A DNA stretch of 64,000 bases from a virus. Lineage: Duplodnaviria > Caudoviricetes. Shown piece by piece: positions 7,718 to 17,195 of this stretch. The position numbers and the translations under genes are program-made. Under the pieces are notes generated by a model, which did not search any database, had not been told where the DNA came from, and saw only the letters and a program-made list of their open reading frames with translations. The stretch is taken from positions 5,873 to 69,872 of IMG/VR virus record IMGVR_UViG_3300018427_002120; one strand, 5' to 3'. Positions within the stretch are counted from its first letter, which is position 1. Each line of letters starts with the position of its first letter.

Positions 7718-9508
7718 TTATAGTTTGTCAATAATTGCCTGAAGATTATCCACAAACCAATCGCACTGGAGTTTTTGCACACAGTCCAGTTGGTGTGTAT
7801 TAATTCCTGCCTTAATACCATCACGTAACTGTATAAGCGCGTCCCTATCTGCGGATAAAAACTGACCTATATTAACAGAACGATATGTGCTGCCAAATGC
7901 ATATCGAATTTCGTCCATTTGATCCGGTGCACATGTCAGGAACATTTCAACCATCCGAGAGATATCTAGTAATGCTGCCAGTTTTCCGGTTTCAAAATGA
8001 TCCTTACTGTTTTCAAACTGCTGCCTAAATGTTGTTGCCTCATCTGGTGTATAATTGAAATTGGGAAGAAATTTATCTCCATCCAAGGCTTTTTCCATTT
8101 GATCCCTGAGTACATTGTATTCGTCTTGGAGAGATGTGTCATTACTGTGCAGTGAAATTCTGAACAGTAGGCTGGTATCTATTTCATCTCCCCTTCCGCG
8201 AAGATTTTCTACCAATAAAGATTTTGCAACGGAAATATCGATTCCATAATAATGCTTTATGTACAACAGATGAACAGCCAGTGGACCATAGTCAAAGAAA
8301 GAAATATCCGAAGGATCGGCAAGCCTTTTCTGAATAGACTCAACAGCGGATCGCAGTTGAGATTCAGAAACACAATAGTAATTCCCAATGGTGATAAGAT
8401 CTGGATCATCTGCTGTTTTGGTCTTATCGTAAAGTCGCAGTGTTTCGAGAGCTTTTTCTGCAACCGGTATCTTATCGCGTTTTACTACATGATGATGCAG
8501 ATAATCATAGCAGAAGCGGAACAGTGGATATTTCTCAGAACTTAACTCAAGGGAGAATACATCTGCTCCAGTCCAAACCATCTTCATGCCGGCTTTGATG
8601 CGCATAGAAAAATGAATGATTCCATAGAAGATGCAGGTCAGGAAATCTTCATTGTAGGTACCTTCCAGGGCCTGATAAATATCCACCGTTTTTTGGCACG
8701 CATAAATGAAGGATCTCAGATTATAGTTCTTTTGATCTCCCATAATCTGAAAGATCTCTTTCGCGTGACTATCATCCGCAAAATAATGGAGCTTTTCATC
8801 CCCAAAGGAGTCAATGATTTGCTTAATCGCAGCAATATAATCGCCACAATAAACAATGGTATCGCTGATTGTTTTTTCCTTTGTTTTTAGGTATTCCAAT
8901 GTTTCCAGAGTATATACTTTATCCTTTTTCTTTGGTTTTTCATCAATAATATCCAAAGACTCCTCGTTGCTGGTTTCAGTTGTTTCGGGTTCGTAACTCA
9001 GGATTTCCTCTTCATTTGCAACCAACAGTACCTTCACACCGTCCTGTTCTACCAGATTATTCACATAACCCATCAGTTCCATCAAGTTAATTTGGGTACG
9101 TTCAATATCTTCCAAAATAATTAATTTGCCGGAAAGATTAATTGACTGATACAGTTGCTGCCATGCACTGTCGGAGGTACCCAATTCAATCCCAAGGTGA
9201 CTGGAAACGCCCTTGATTATGGTTGTAGCGATAAGTGTTCCAGCGTTACCTATTTCTGTTTTTGGCTTTAGTACATTTATCCGAGTTTCTAAATAAATGC
9301 TTTTGCTGATATCATTTACACAGGACAAACCATACAGTGAAATGAGAATACAATCATGGTTTCCTTGTTCTTTAAGAAACGGAATTAGTTCATTTTTAAT
9401 GTAATGGCTTTTACCAGTTCCCCATTCACCAGTGAGCATAATTGCGCTTTTGGTTTTATCCATCTCAACATAGTGCTTCAGATATCTACTTAGTTCCAGA
9501 TTTGTCAT
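7718..9508 (-). CDS. KAP-family P-loop NTPase
   Basis: MLTGEWGTGKSH Walker A, ISLYGL, LIILEDIER Walker B, YLKTKEKTI; start uncertain (9508/9514/9523). Confidence 0.85.
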   Translation of the reverse strand: MTNLELSRYLKHYVEMDKTKSAIMLTGEWGTGKSHYIKNELIPFLKEQGNHDCILISLYGLSCVNDISKSIYLETRINVLKPKTEIGNAGTLIATTIIKGVSSHLGIELGTSDSAWQQLYQSINLSGKLIILEDIERTQINLMELMGYVNNLVEQDGVKVLLVANEEEILSYEPETTETSNEESLDIIDEKPKKKDKVYTLETLEYLKTKEKTISDTIVYCGDYIAAIKQIIDSFGDEKLHYFADDSHAKEIFQIMGDQKNYNLRSFIYACQKTVDIYQALEGTYNEDFLTCIFYGIIHFSMRIKAGMKMVWTGADVFSLELSSEKYPLFRFCYDYLHHHVVKRDKIPVAEKALETLRLYDKTKTADDPDLITIGNYYCVSESQLRSAVESIQKRLADPSDISFFDYGPLAVHLLYIKHYYGIDISVAKSLLVENLRGRGDEIDTSLLFRISLHSNDTSLQDEYNVLRDQMEKALDGDKFLPNFNYTPDEATTFRQQFENSKDHFETGKLAALLDISRMVEMFLTCAPDQMDEIRYAFGSTYRSVNIGQFLSADRDALIQLRDGIKAGINTHQLDCVQKLQCDWFVDNLQAIIDKL

Positions 9509-9634
9509 GGTCATGTCCCCCATGGTTAATTTGTAAGCATAATTATACCACAACAAGATTCTAAAAACAACACAAAGACAACAAATTAAATGAGACAAAA
9601 CAACAAATAAAATAACTGAATTTAAAATATATTG

Positions 9635-9663
9635 TTGCTTTCTTTGCTTACAGTGGATATAAT
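9635..9663 (+). promoter_or_regulatory. sigma-A promoter of the AAA-nuclease operon
   Basis: TTGCTT-17 bp-TATAAT, then AAGGAGG RBS. Confidence 0.65.
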
Positions 9664-9692
9664 ATACCTAGAAAGGCAAGGAGGTATTGGTT

Positions 9693-11549
9693 ATGGATAA
9701 GTGGATTACGGTAAGCGATGCTGCTGAATTTTGGGGTGTTCCAAAGCAGCAGGTAACTCGATATTGCAGAGATGGCCGGATTGAAGGTGCTAAAAAGGAT
9801 GGCCATGCATGGTTGATTCCAGCTGATACACAGAAGCCGGAAAAATTACGTAAGGGCAGGAAGATGAAGATACCAGTTAGTACAACTACAAAACGTCCAT
9901 TGCCTATTGGCGTCTCTGATTTTCGTGTTGCCTGCGACCAGTATTACTACATAGATAAAACCATGCTGATCAAGGACTTCATTGATGAGCGCCCCATTGT
10001 TTCTCTGTTTACTCGGCCTCGGCGATTTGGTAAAACTCTGACCATGGATATGCTGCGAACCTTCTTTGAACTGTCCGAGGAGGATACTTCCCGGTATTTC
10101 ACAGATAAGAAGATCTGGGCTTGTGGTGAGGCTTACAGAAGCTATCAGGGCAAGTATCCAGTGATCTTTCTGACTTTCAAGGATGTCAAATGTGAGACCT
10201 GGGAAGAAACCTATGATCTCATGACCAAGCTGATTCGCCAGGAATTCAAGCGGCATTCTGAGCTTGCCACCAGTGATGCAATCACTAATCTGGACTACTA
10301 TCAGAAGATCGTTAGCGAGCAGGCCGCAGAAAACGACTACATGCTGTCTCTCATGTATCTGTCTCAGATGCTGGATGAGCACTACGGTATTGCTCCCATT
10401 ATCATCATTGATGAATACGATACTCCCATTCAACAGGGACATGCCTGCGATTTCTATGACAAGATTATCCTGTTCATGCGGAATTTGTTCTCTGGTGGAT
10501 TGAAGGACAATAAGCACCTGTCCTATGGCTTCCTGACCGGTATTCTCCGTGTTGCAAAGGAAAGCATTTTCAGCGGTCTGAACAACCTGTGCGTCAATTC
10601 CATTCTGGACAACAAATACAGTCAGTATTTCGGCTTCACTTCTGAAGAAATCAAGGAGATGGCTGCCTATTATGGTGCACCGGAAAAGTACGAGGAAATC
10701 TGCACTTGGTATGATGGATATCGTTTTGGCAAAACAGAGATTTTTAATCCCTGGTCTGTTATCAACTATTTCTATCGGGATTGCGAACCAAGAGCCTACT
10801 GGATCTCCACTGGCAGCAACGAAATTATTGGTGAGATTCTGGCGGAGGCAGACGAAGATGTTTATGAGCGTCTGAATATGCTGCTGCAGGGCGAGTCTTT
10901 TACAACGTTGATCGATACCAGCGTCATTTATCCCCAGATTAAGAAAAACCCCTCTTCCATCTACAGTTTCCTTCTGGTTGCCGGTTATCTGAGGGTGTTG
11001 AATACTGCACCTTCCTTCAGTGGTGATTTCATGTGCGAGGTGGCTTTACCCAACAGAGAAATTGCGTATGTTTATAATAAGGAAATTCTGGAGAAACTGG
11101 ACAGCATTGTGCCCCAGTCCATTGCTATCGCAATTCAGGAGGCCATCTATACCAACAATGCTGCTGCACTGAGAAAGCAGCTTCGCAAGCTCCTGCTGGA
11201 GTCTGTCAGCTGTTATGACATTGCCGGTGAGAACTTCTATCATGGTCTTGTACTGGGTCTCTGCGCCATCACAAACAACCGGTATTACATCACCTCCAAC
11301 AGGGAATCCGGTGAAGGCAGATATGATATTCAGTTGATGCCAAAGGACGTTACCAAGCCTGGTATCCTTATCGAGCTGAAAGCTGCAAAGGATTGCTCCG
11401 GTGAGAATCTGAAAGCTTTGGCACAGACTGCACTGCAGCAGATCAATGAGAAGAAATACGATACTGATATGATGATTAAGGGTATACAAGTTATCTTTAA
11501 ATATGGTGTTGCGTTTAGCGGGAAAAACGTTGAAGTGGTGACAGTATAA
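9693..11549 (+). CDS. AAA-ATPase-like + PD-(D/E)XK nuclease (PDDEXK_9 type) with N-terminal excisionase-like HTH
   Basis: HTH WITVSDAAEFWG...YCRDGRI; LPIGVSDF, RPRRFGKTL, IIIIDEYD; SNRESGEGRYDI...IELK. Confidence 0.9.
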   Translation: MDKWITVSDAAEFWGVPKQQVTRYCRDGRIEGAKKDGHAWLIPADTQKPEKLRKGRKMKIPVSTTTKRPLPIGVSDFRVACDQYYYIDKTMLIKDFIDERPIVSLFTRPRRFGKTLTMDMLRTFFELSEEDTSRYFTDKKIWACGEAYRSYQGKYPVIFLTFKDVKCETWEETYDLMTKLIRQEFKRHSELATSDAITNLDYYQKIVSEQAAENDYMLSLMYLSQMLDEHYGIAPIIIIDEYDTPIQQGHACDFYDKIILFMRNLFSGGLKDNKHLSYGFLTGILRVAKESIFSGLNNLCVNSILDNKYSQYFGFTSEEIKEMAAYYGAPEKYEEICTWYDGYRFGKTEIFNPWSVINYFYRDCEPRAYWISTGSNEIIGEILAEADEDVYERLNMLLQGESFTTLIDTSVIYPQIKKNPSSIYSFLLVAGYLRVLNTAPSFSGDFMCEVALPNREIAYVYNKEILEKLDSIVPQSIAIAIQEAIYTNNAAALRKQLRKLLLESVSCYDIAGENFYHGLVLGLCAITNNRYYITSNRESGEGRYDIQLMPKDVTKPGILIELKAAKDCSGENLKALAQTALQQINEKKYDTDMMIKGIQVIFKYGVAFSGKNVEVVTV

Positions 11550-11638
11550 TCAAGGACGATATTGTCTTTTGGAGCTACGATCATTGGAGATGAATCCTAA
11601 ATTGAAGTGCCAGTCCATATAGAAAAAGAGGTAGTAGC

Positions 11639-12643
11639 ATGAAAATTACTGTGCAGGCAAAAACTATAGCGGCATGCAACGATTTCCTTACATTGATTTA
11701 TCAAGATAATGAATACAGCTTGGATGAATTTTCTAATGCATTTAAAGAAAAGGAATTTGACCTAGATCAGTTGCTTCCACAATGTATTATAAAATATCGT
11801 GGCGAAAAAATGAGCTACAGTGAATATGTTGCTAAGCAACGTGCGATTAGTACACGGTTGCAATTCTTTACTCGGTACCACGATGAAGTACTTCCGCAGG
11901 AACTCGGTCTTGCGATTGCAGATAAAGAATATTATCAAGCAGCCAAATTTTTAGAAAAAGCAGAAACCTGTTTGCAGACAGCACGTTATTATTTTTACCA
12001 AAGTACAGATATATTAGATTACGACTGCTGCATCAATTGGAAAGCAGGTTATCAGGCAATCTATGATATACGGTCAATGAATTTTCAGACCGCAATTATA
12101 TGGTATAATAATTGCTTTGATTATATTGTCCAAGTTGCTTTTTTAGCTTTTGGTTTATACAAGGGGATTAGGCGCTATAATGAAGGACTGTCATTTGAAG
12201 AAATACTGAAAATGTGCACATATAATGCACTTAAAGTATTACATGAGAATCAGCCAACAAATGCTGGTTTAAATCGAGTTTGGGAAATTATTGAGAATTG
12301 CAGAATAGCTCGTCAAGACTTGAATGACTGGGCCAATTACTCCAAGCATAAAGGCGGTTTGGGATTTGTTGGGTTAAAACCGGAATCTCCTCTTCAGATT
12401 TATGTGGGTACATCTGAAGACGGTTACGAATCTAGGATTAGCGAGTTTGAACCGATTACGCTTGATATGGATCAAAGTCTTGAAAAAGTTATATTGGCCC
12501 ATGATGCTTTGATAAAGTGTATGAGTGAGCTTATAGATATTATTGATTTTCCGGCAGCACAATACAGAATTAATGAACAGGGGCAATTTGTATTCCCTAA
12601 TAAAAGCACATATTGTAAAGTAAGACTAAACGATCAGGAATGA
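11639..12643 (+). CDS. Hypothetical protein, possible Cthe_2314-like HEPN domain
   Basis: AIIWYNNCFDYIVQV helix and NDWANYSKH (N-x3-KH) motif; AT-rich; ATGA overlap with MNT. Confidence 0.45.
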   Translation: MKITVQAKTIAACNDFLTLIYQDNEYSLDEFSNAFKEKEFDLDQLLPQCIIKYRGEKMSYSEYVAKQRAISTRLQFFTRYHDEVLPQELGLAIADKEYYQAAKFLEKAETCLQTARYYFYQSTDILDYDCCINWKAGYQAIYDIRSMNFQTAIIWYNNCFDYIVQVAFLAFGLYKGIRRYNEGLSFEEILKMCTYNALKVLHENQPTNAGLNRVWEIIENCRIARQDLNDWANYSKHKGGLGFVGLKPESPLQIYVGTSEDGYESRISEFEPITLDMDQSLEKVILAHDALIKCMSELIDIIDFPAAQYRINEQGQFVFPNKSTYCKVRLNDQE

Positions 12644-12948
12644 ATAAAATATATACAATAGAACAAATTAGATCTTGTGTTATGCCAATTGCAGAAAAAT
12701 ATGGTGCAAGCAGAATATATCTCTTTGGTTCCTATGCGAGAGGAGAAGCTACTGCTAATAGCGATATTGATCTTCGTATTGAAAAAGGAAAGCTGTGTGG
12801 TTTGATTGCACTGGCAGCATTACATGGAGATTTAGAGGAAGCCTTAGGTAAAAAAGTAGATTTGTTGACTACGGGAAGTTTGGAATATGAATTCTTGCAA
12901 AGAATAGCGAAAGAAGAAATCATGATATATCATAATGAGCAGCAGTAA
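12640..12948 (+). CDS. Minimal nucleotidyltransferase (MNT/MntA-like)
   Basis: IYLFGSYARGEATANSDIDL (GSx10DxD), LGKKVDLLT. Confidence 0.9.
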   Translation: MNKIYTIEQIRSCVMPIAEKYGASRIYLFGSYARGEATANSDIDLRIEKGKLCGLIALAALHGDLEEALGKKVDLLTTGSLEYEFLQRIAKEEIMIYHNEQQ

Positions 12949-13006
12949 AATATGGAAAAAGTTGATTTATATAAAAGTCTTAAAAAGTTGGGAAAACGCC
13001 GAAAAG

Positions 13007-13028
13007 TTTGACCCCAATTTGACCCCAA
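13007..13028 (+). repeat. Tandem 11-bp direct repeat, integrase arm-type site candidate
   Basis: TTTGACCCCAA x2, about 115 bp before the tRNA fragment. Confidence 0.65.
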
Positions 13029-13141
13029 CCCAACATAATCTGTTAACATGGGTCTAGGAAAACATAACTTTTATAGCAAATAAATGCGCCTAAAAGCGTG
13101 AAAATACGGCGTTTTAGAAACATAGCTGAAATCATCGATGC

Positions 13142-13186
13142 CTCATAACCCGGAGGTCGTAGGTTCGAGTCCTGCCTCCGCAACCA
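13142..13186 (+). tRNA. 3' half of initiator-like tRNA-Met(CAT), truncated; att core (attR)
   Basis: CTCATAA anticodon loop, GGTTCGAGTCC T-arm, GCAACCA end; no D-arm or 5' acceptor strand upstream. Confidence 0.85.
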
Positions 13187-13189
13187 TGT

Positions 13190-13229
13190 TTCCACCGTAA
13201 TTTTGATAGAATTACGGTGGAACTTTTTT
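13190..13229 (+). terminator. Terminator following the tRNA 3' end
   Basis: TTCCACCGTAATT / AATTACGGTGGAA then CTTTTTT. Confidence 0.8.
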
Positions 13230-13274
13230 GCTTTCGGGAGAAAATACGCAAAAACATATCAAATTTTTAATTAT

Positions 13275-13316
13275 AAATCGCTGCATCGAGATGTTTTTTT
13301 CTCGGCGCAGCGATTT
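13275..13316. terminator. Hairpin, probable terminator of the minus-strand BREX transcript
   Basis: AAATCGCTGC / GCAGCGATTT with an inner TCGAGA/TCTCGG stem. Confidence 0.55.
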
Positions 13317-13423
13317 TTTTGTTCCTCGGAAAGATTTTATTCAGTATTGTCTTTGCGTTTAACTTACTGTCATGCGTTTAACCAATAGAAATAATTATAA
13401 TTTGCAACGTAACCAGCAAAACA

Positions 13424-14356
13424 TTATTTCTTCCCTTCACGCTCGTATTCGAAGGTTGCAGGAATCTCGGTCAAACCGCATTGAAGGGCTGCATAATACC
13501 GAATGTACCCATCTTTAAGAAGGTACTTATCCTTAACCAATTCAACATATACGGGTTTGATAATTCCACCATTGCGCTGAATCGTTTCTACAGCTCGATC
13601 GATTTTGCTTTGTCTAGGAAGCGTATTATTTCGGAGTATAATTTTGCTGATTGGTATATTTTTGACTCCTGTAAACGCATTTTCCTCAAGCTGCCTCAAT
13701 CGAACTGCCTGCTTTTTAAGATTATCACAGTATTTCGGTTTGCACTGCTTTTGATACAATGGTGAATCTTTATCGCAGCATTTTCCAATCTCGTTGCAAA
13801 ACTGACATCGATCCTTGCTGGGTGATTCAGGGATGTTTTCCGGTTTTGTCAGACCCATTACATAGACAAAGTGATTATCAATACTTTTGATCTTAGATGA
13901 TGTAACGTTTTTATCAATGTATTCCATTTGACAAAGCGTACATTGCTTACGTTGTTTCCCTAATTCCAGCAACTTGCTACCACAGACAAAACAGATATTT
14001 ATGCATTGGACAGAAATATACCTTCTGCCATCGGAAGAAGATACCAATGCTTCCATCTTGGGTTTCAGTGTTTCGACATACTTGTGCCGATTTTCAGTAT
14101 CAATTTCCGTCTGCGTTCGATTATCGCGTTGAATTTTTTTAGAAGTTTTTTCATCTTCGGCATAAAACTTACAATGGCTGGAGCCGCCGCATCTGAGCAT
14201 ATAACATCCCGACCGAGGCTCTGTGCAGAAAGATGAATCATAATGAATGCACCATTTATTGAGACGACGATGGTCACTTTCTTTCATTTTGGGAGAACCC
14301 AAATGCCATGGTGTATCAGGTAACTGTTTTGGCATAATAAAACCACATCCAATCAT
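13424..14356 (-). CDS. Cys-rich hypothetical protein with C-terminal ParB/Srx-like domain
   Basis: Several Cys clusters; C-terminus KNIPISKI...IIKPVYVE...YLLKDGYIRYYAALQCGLTEIPA; ATGA overlap with the upstream gene. Confidence 0.65.
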   Translation of the reverse strand: MIGCGFIMPKQLPDTPWHLGSPKMKESDHRRLNKWCIHYDSSFCTEPRSGCYMLRCGGSSHCKFYAEDEKTSKKIQRDNRTQTEIDTENRHKYVETLKPKMEALVSSSDGRRYISVQCINICFVCGSKLLELGKQRKQCTLCQMEYIDKNVTSSKIKSIDNHFVYVMGLTKPENIPESPSKDRCQFCNEIGKCCDKDSPLYQKQCKPKYCDNLKKQAVRLRQLEENAFTGVKNIPISKIILRNNTLPRQSKIDRAVETIQRNGGIIKPVYVELVKDKYLLKDGYIRYYAALQCGLTEIPATFEYEREGKK

Positions 14357-15069
14357 CTGTGATTCAAAGTAATCCACCGCATGTTTTCTGGTGGCTGTGG
14401 CGCACTTAATGTGGTATGCAATTCAATCGCTATTATGATGCCACTTATGGACCCAGCTTCACTTGCTATCTGGACCATATCACCGACTTTGACGTTATTG
14501 GAGGCTGACAGATAGTACTCGTTGGCTCCATTGTCCAGCCTTGAAACCCTACAGAAAATGTACTGTCGATTGTCATTTTTATCGGCAACCGATGCTGACG
14601 GAGATGTGGCCGTTACTTCCGCGTGTTCACCTTTAGCTGCTTTTAGAGCCTCATTATATGCTACCCGCGTTTCATAGTCATGTGGAGACACACCATATGC
14701 ACTTCCATCCTCACAATTAAGTCTCCACGCATATCGGTTATCATTGACCTTTGCTTCACGGATTTGGCGAAATACTGGATCTTCTGGAATGTGGGGGCGG
14801 GTTGGAGCATCATCGGCATCGATATCAAATGATCCCATTGCACCCAGAAATGCTCCGGTTCGAAGAAGATCTTCAGTGCGCTTCATGCGGCCAGATGCAA
14901 TTCCCACAGCGGATACAGTATAAGGATTGATTTTTCCTTTATCTCTGTAGTGGTATTTTTGTTCCATCCGGCTGGCCACAGCTCCCATAGCAAGTCCCCC
15001 CGCCATATCGATAAGTGTATTGAGCGGTTCTGGACACTTTGTACTTTTTCTTCTTTTGCGTTTTGCCAT
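14353..15069 (-). CDS. Hypothetical protein with C-terminal SH3/KOW-like segment
   Basis: G-rich RBS before ATG 15069; VKVGDMVQI motif; 38 nt after the brxL stop. Confidence 0.6.
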   Translation of the reverse strand: MAKRKRRKSTKCPEPLNTLIDMAGGLAMGAVASRMEQKYHYRDKGKINPYTVSAVGIASGRMKRTEDLLRTGAFLGAMGSFDIDADDAPTRPHIPEDPVFRQIREAKVNDNRYAWRLNCEDGSAYGVSPHDYETRVAYNEALKAAKGEHAEVTATSPSASVADKNDNRQYIFCRVSRLDNGANEYYLSASNNVKVGDMVQIASEAGSISGIIIAIELHTTLSAPQPPENMRWITLNHR

Positions 15070-15107
15070 TTCTGCGCCCCCCCTTCTCAGGAATGTATCC
15101 AACAGAC

Positions 15108-17171
15108 TTAGTCTACACCTAGTGCTTTGAAAATTGCATCAGCGGCAGTGCTATAGAATATCAGATTAAAGCAACCAATCAAATCTGCCGGAACCATTGC
15201 CAAATCTGCTGCAGAGGTAATAGGCAATAAGACCTTCTTTGCACCGCTGTCCAGACAAACTTGCAAGGCGTTTGCAAGCTCATCAACCTTGACAAGGGTA
15301 CCACCGATGCTCATCTCACCAAGCACCACCATGGAACTCTGGACCGGCTTGGAGAGGGCGATAGATGCTAAAGCAATCAGCGTGGGCATAGCAAGTTTTC
15401 CGGTCATGCCGATCCCCTGAAGGTCCTGATAGTTGACGATATAATCTTTGGTTGTGGTACTGATGTTACCGCTGATTCTGTTGCCATTGGCTTTCAAGAA
15501 ATTAAAAGCAGTGTTGCTGGATTCGCGTGCTTCTCGATCTGCGCCCAGGCCAGTTCGTTCAAATTTACCGTTGCCAGGTAACATTTGAGATTCCAGACGG
15601 AACACGCCAAGCATGCCGGATTTACCCCGGGATACGGTATATACCTGTCCAGGGTTGCACATGCCTTCGGGAATTAGTTTGCCGCCACCTTGTTCAGGGA
15701 CAGTAACATAGCGTTCCTCAAAACTCTCGTTGTCAATATACGAGAAGTTAACGTCGTAAAATTCCATGCCGCCTAGTTTTTTCAGCTGTTCCTTAACGCG
15801 GCGTCGCATCTCAAGAGCAAGACACAGAATTTCTTCAACATCATCTTTTGTGAAGTCGCCATCGGGATAAATCAGTTTTAGATATCCGTCTACCATTCTG
15901 CGCACGGCAATGGTATCACGTTGGTTCAGATTCTTGCCAAGGCGGAAATAATGATCTAGGGCATCACCATACTGCTCCTTCCGCAATTCACGAATAAACT
16001 CAGAGAGGTAATCAGTGATGAATCCGTAATCATTGGTAAAATGCTCTGGTCTGAACTTGGGAATTTCCCAACCAGGGAGATAGCAGTGCATGCGATCCAG
16101 GAATGCGGTATCGGTACCCATTTCCGGTGGGAATGGATCAAACAAGCTGGAAGTCTTTAATAGTACATCCACACTCTGGTTGATATTGCCTACGAATACC
16201 ATGGAAGCAGAGGCAGCTTTTTCTTCTTTACCACGGGCAAAAGATCCGGAAGCCATGTAGTCCTTCATAATCTGGACACCGTCTTTATCCTTAAAACGGA
16301 TACCGGCAACCTCATCAAATGCAACGCAGTCCCAGAGACCCACTAAGCCAACGGTCTTGCGGCCCATGTTATAGAACAGGTTGGCAACAGTGGTTTGACC
16401 ACCGGAAACCAGAATGCTGTTGGGAGAAATTTCTTTATAGAGATGTGATTTGCCAGTGCTACGGGGACCCAACTCGCAAAGGTTGAAGTTGTTTTCTACC
16501 AGGGGAATCATTCTGGTGATAAGCAGCCATTTCTCACGGTAGGATAGTTCATCCGGCTCCATACCGATGGATCGGAGAAGAACATCAATCCATTCATCTT
16601 TTGTAAAAGCTTTCCTGCCGGCCTTCAATTCATCAATGTCCACGTGGGGCATTTGAATGGGGGTCAACTTCCGGATTAATATGGGGTAACCATTTTTCTT
16701 ATCTTCTTCGTTATACTCATACTCCAGTTGGACGATACACCAAATACCGCCACACAGGAGTCGGTCATACTGTTCCGGATACTCATCTGCAATCGGAACA
16801 TCGCCTAGACCGAGATTGGAGAAAGAAGCAAAAAACCGATTCTTTCGAATATCCAGGCTGACTGTAATCATATCGATGACAGTATGGCTACCGTTGCTGC
16901 GGAGTTTGGCCAGAATTTTCTGTGACTCATCCGGGCGGACAAAGTTATCCGCCAGAATGCGCTTCACATTTTGTACGCCTTTTTCAATGATTTCGTCATC
17001 ATCGGAAGAACAGTATTGCCCCAGAAGGAACTCTAAGACATAAACAGGAACATTGGCACCCTCTTTGATCTTTTTGGTAAGATCCTTACGGACGATTTTT
17101 CCATCAAAGGTTTGGCGCAGTTTGTATTTGATTATTTCTCGGGCATTATCGCCCATAATGGATTGCTCCAT
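15108..17171 (-). CDS. brxL: BREX Lon-like protein BrxL
   Basis: VRKDLTKKIKEGANVPVYVLEFLLG, ELGPRSTGKSH, AFDEVAG, C-terminal Lon-like domain. Confidence 0.95.
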   Translation of the reverse strand: MEQSIMGDNAREIIKYKLRQTFDGKIVRKDLTKKIKEGANVPVYVLEFLLGQYCSSDDDEIIEKGVQNVKRILADNFVRPDESQKILAKLRSNGSHTVIDMITVSLDIRKNRFFASFSNLGLGDVPIADEYPEQYDRLLCGGIWCIVQLEYEYNEEDKKNGYPILIRKLTPIQMPHVDIDELKAGRKAFTKDEWIDVLLRSIGMEPDELSYREKWLLITRMIPLVENNFNLCELGPRSTGKSHLYKEISPNSILVSGGQTTVANLFYNMGRKTVGLVGLWDCVAFDEVAGIRFKDKDGVQIMKDYMASGSFARGKEEKAASASMVFVGNINQSVDVLLKTSSLFDPFPPEMGTDTAFLDRMHCYLPGWEIPKFRPEHFTNDYGFITDYLSEFIRELRKEQYGDALDHYFRLGKNLNQRDTIAVRRMVDGYLKLIYPDGDFTKDDVEEILCLALEMRRRVKEQLKKLGGMEFYDVNFSYIDNESFEERYVTVPEQGGGKLIPEGMCNPGQVYTVSRGKSGMLGVFRLESQMLPGNGKFERTGLGADREARESSNTAFNFLKANGNRISGNISTTTKDYIVNYQDLQGIGMTGKLAMPTLIALASIALSKPVQSSMVVLGEMSIGGTLVKVDELANALQVCLDSGAKKVLLPITSAADLAMVPADLIGCFNLIFYSTAADAIFKALGVD

Positions 17172-17195
17172 GGATATACCTCCAGTGCGAACGGA

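Larger units (their letters stand above)
1..13186. mobile_element. Right part of an integrative element (IME/ICE/satellite-like) inserted in tRNA-Met; left end and integrase outside window
   Basis: D5-like helicase, resolvase and defence-like cargo; ends in a 3' tRNA-Met fragment preceded by tandem TTTGACCCCAA arm-type repeats. Confidence 0.75.

Noticed and set aside
12937-13057. 40-codon ORF after the MNT as a remnant HepT toxin
   Set aside because: No HEPN similarity, and it runs through the att arm repeats
13110-13186. Complete tRNA-Met gene
   Set aside because: Sequence 5' of the anticodon loop cannot form the D-arm or pair with the acceptor strand; only the 3' half is present
15077-15083. 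C7 tract in the RBS of the gene after brxL as a phase-variation switch
   Set aside because: Too short to imply slippage, and it serves as the G-rich RBS
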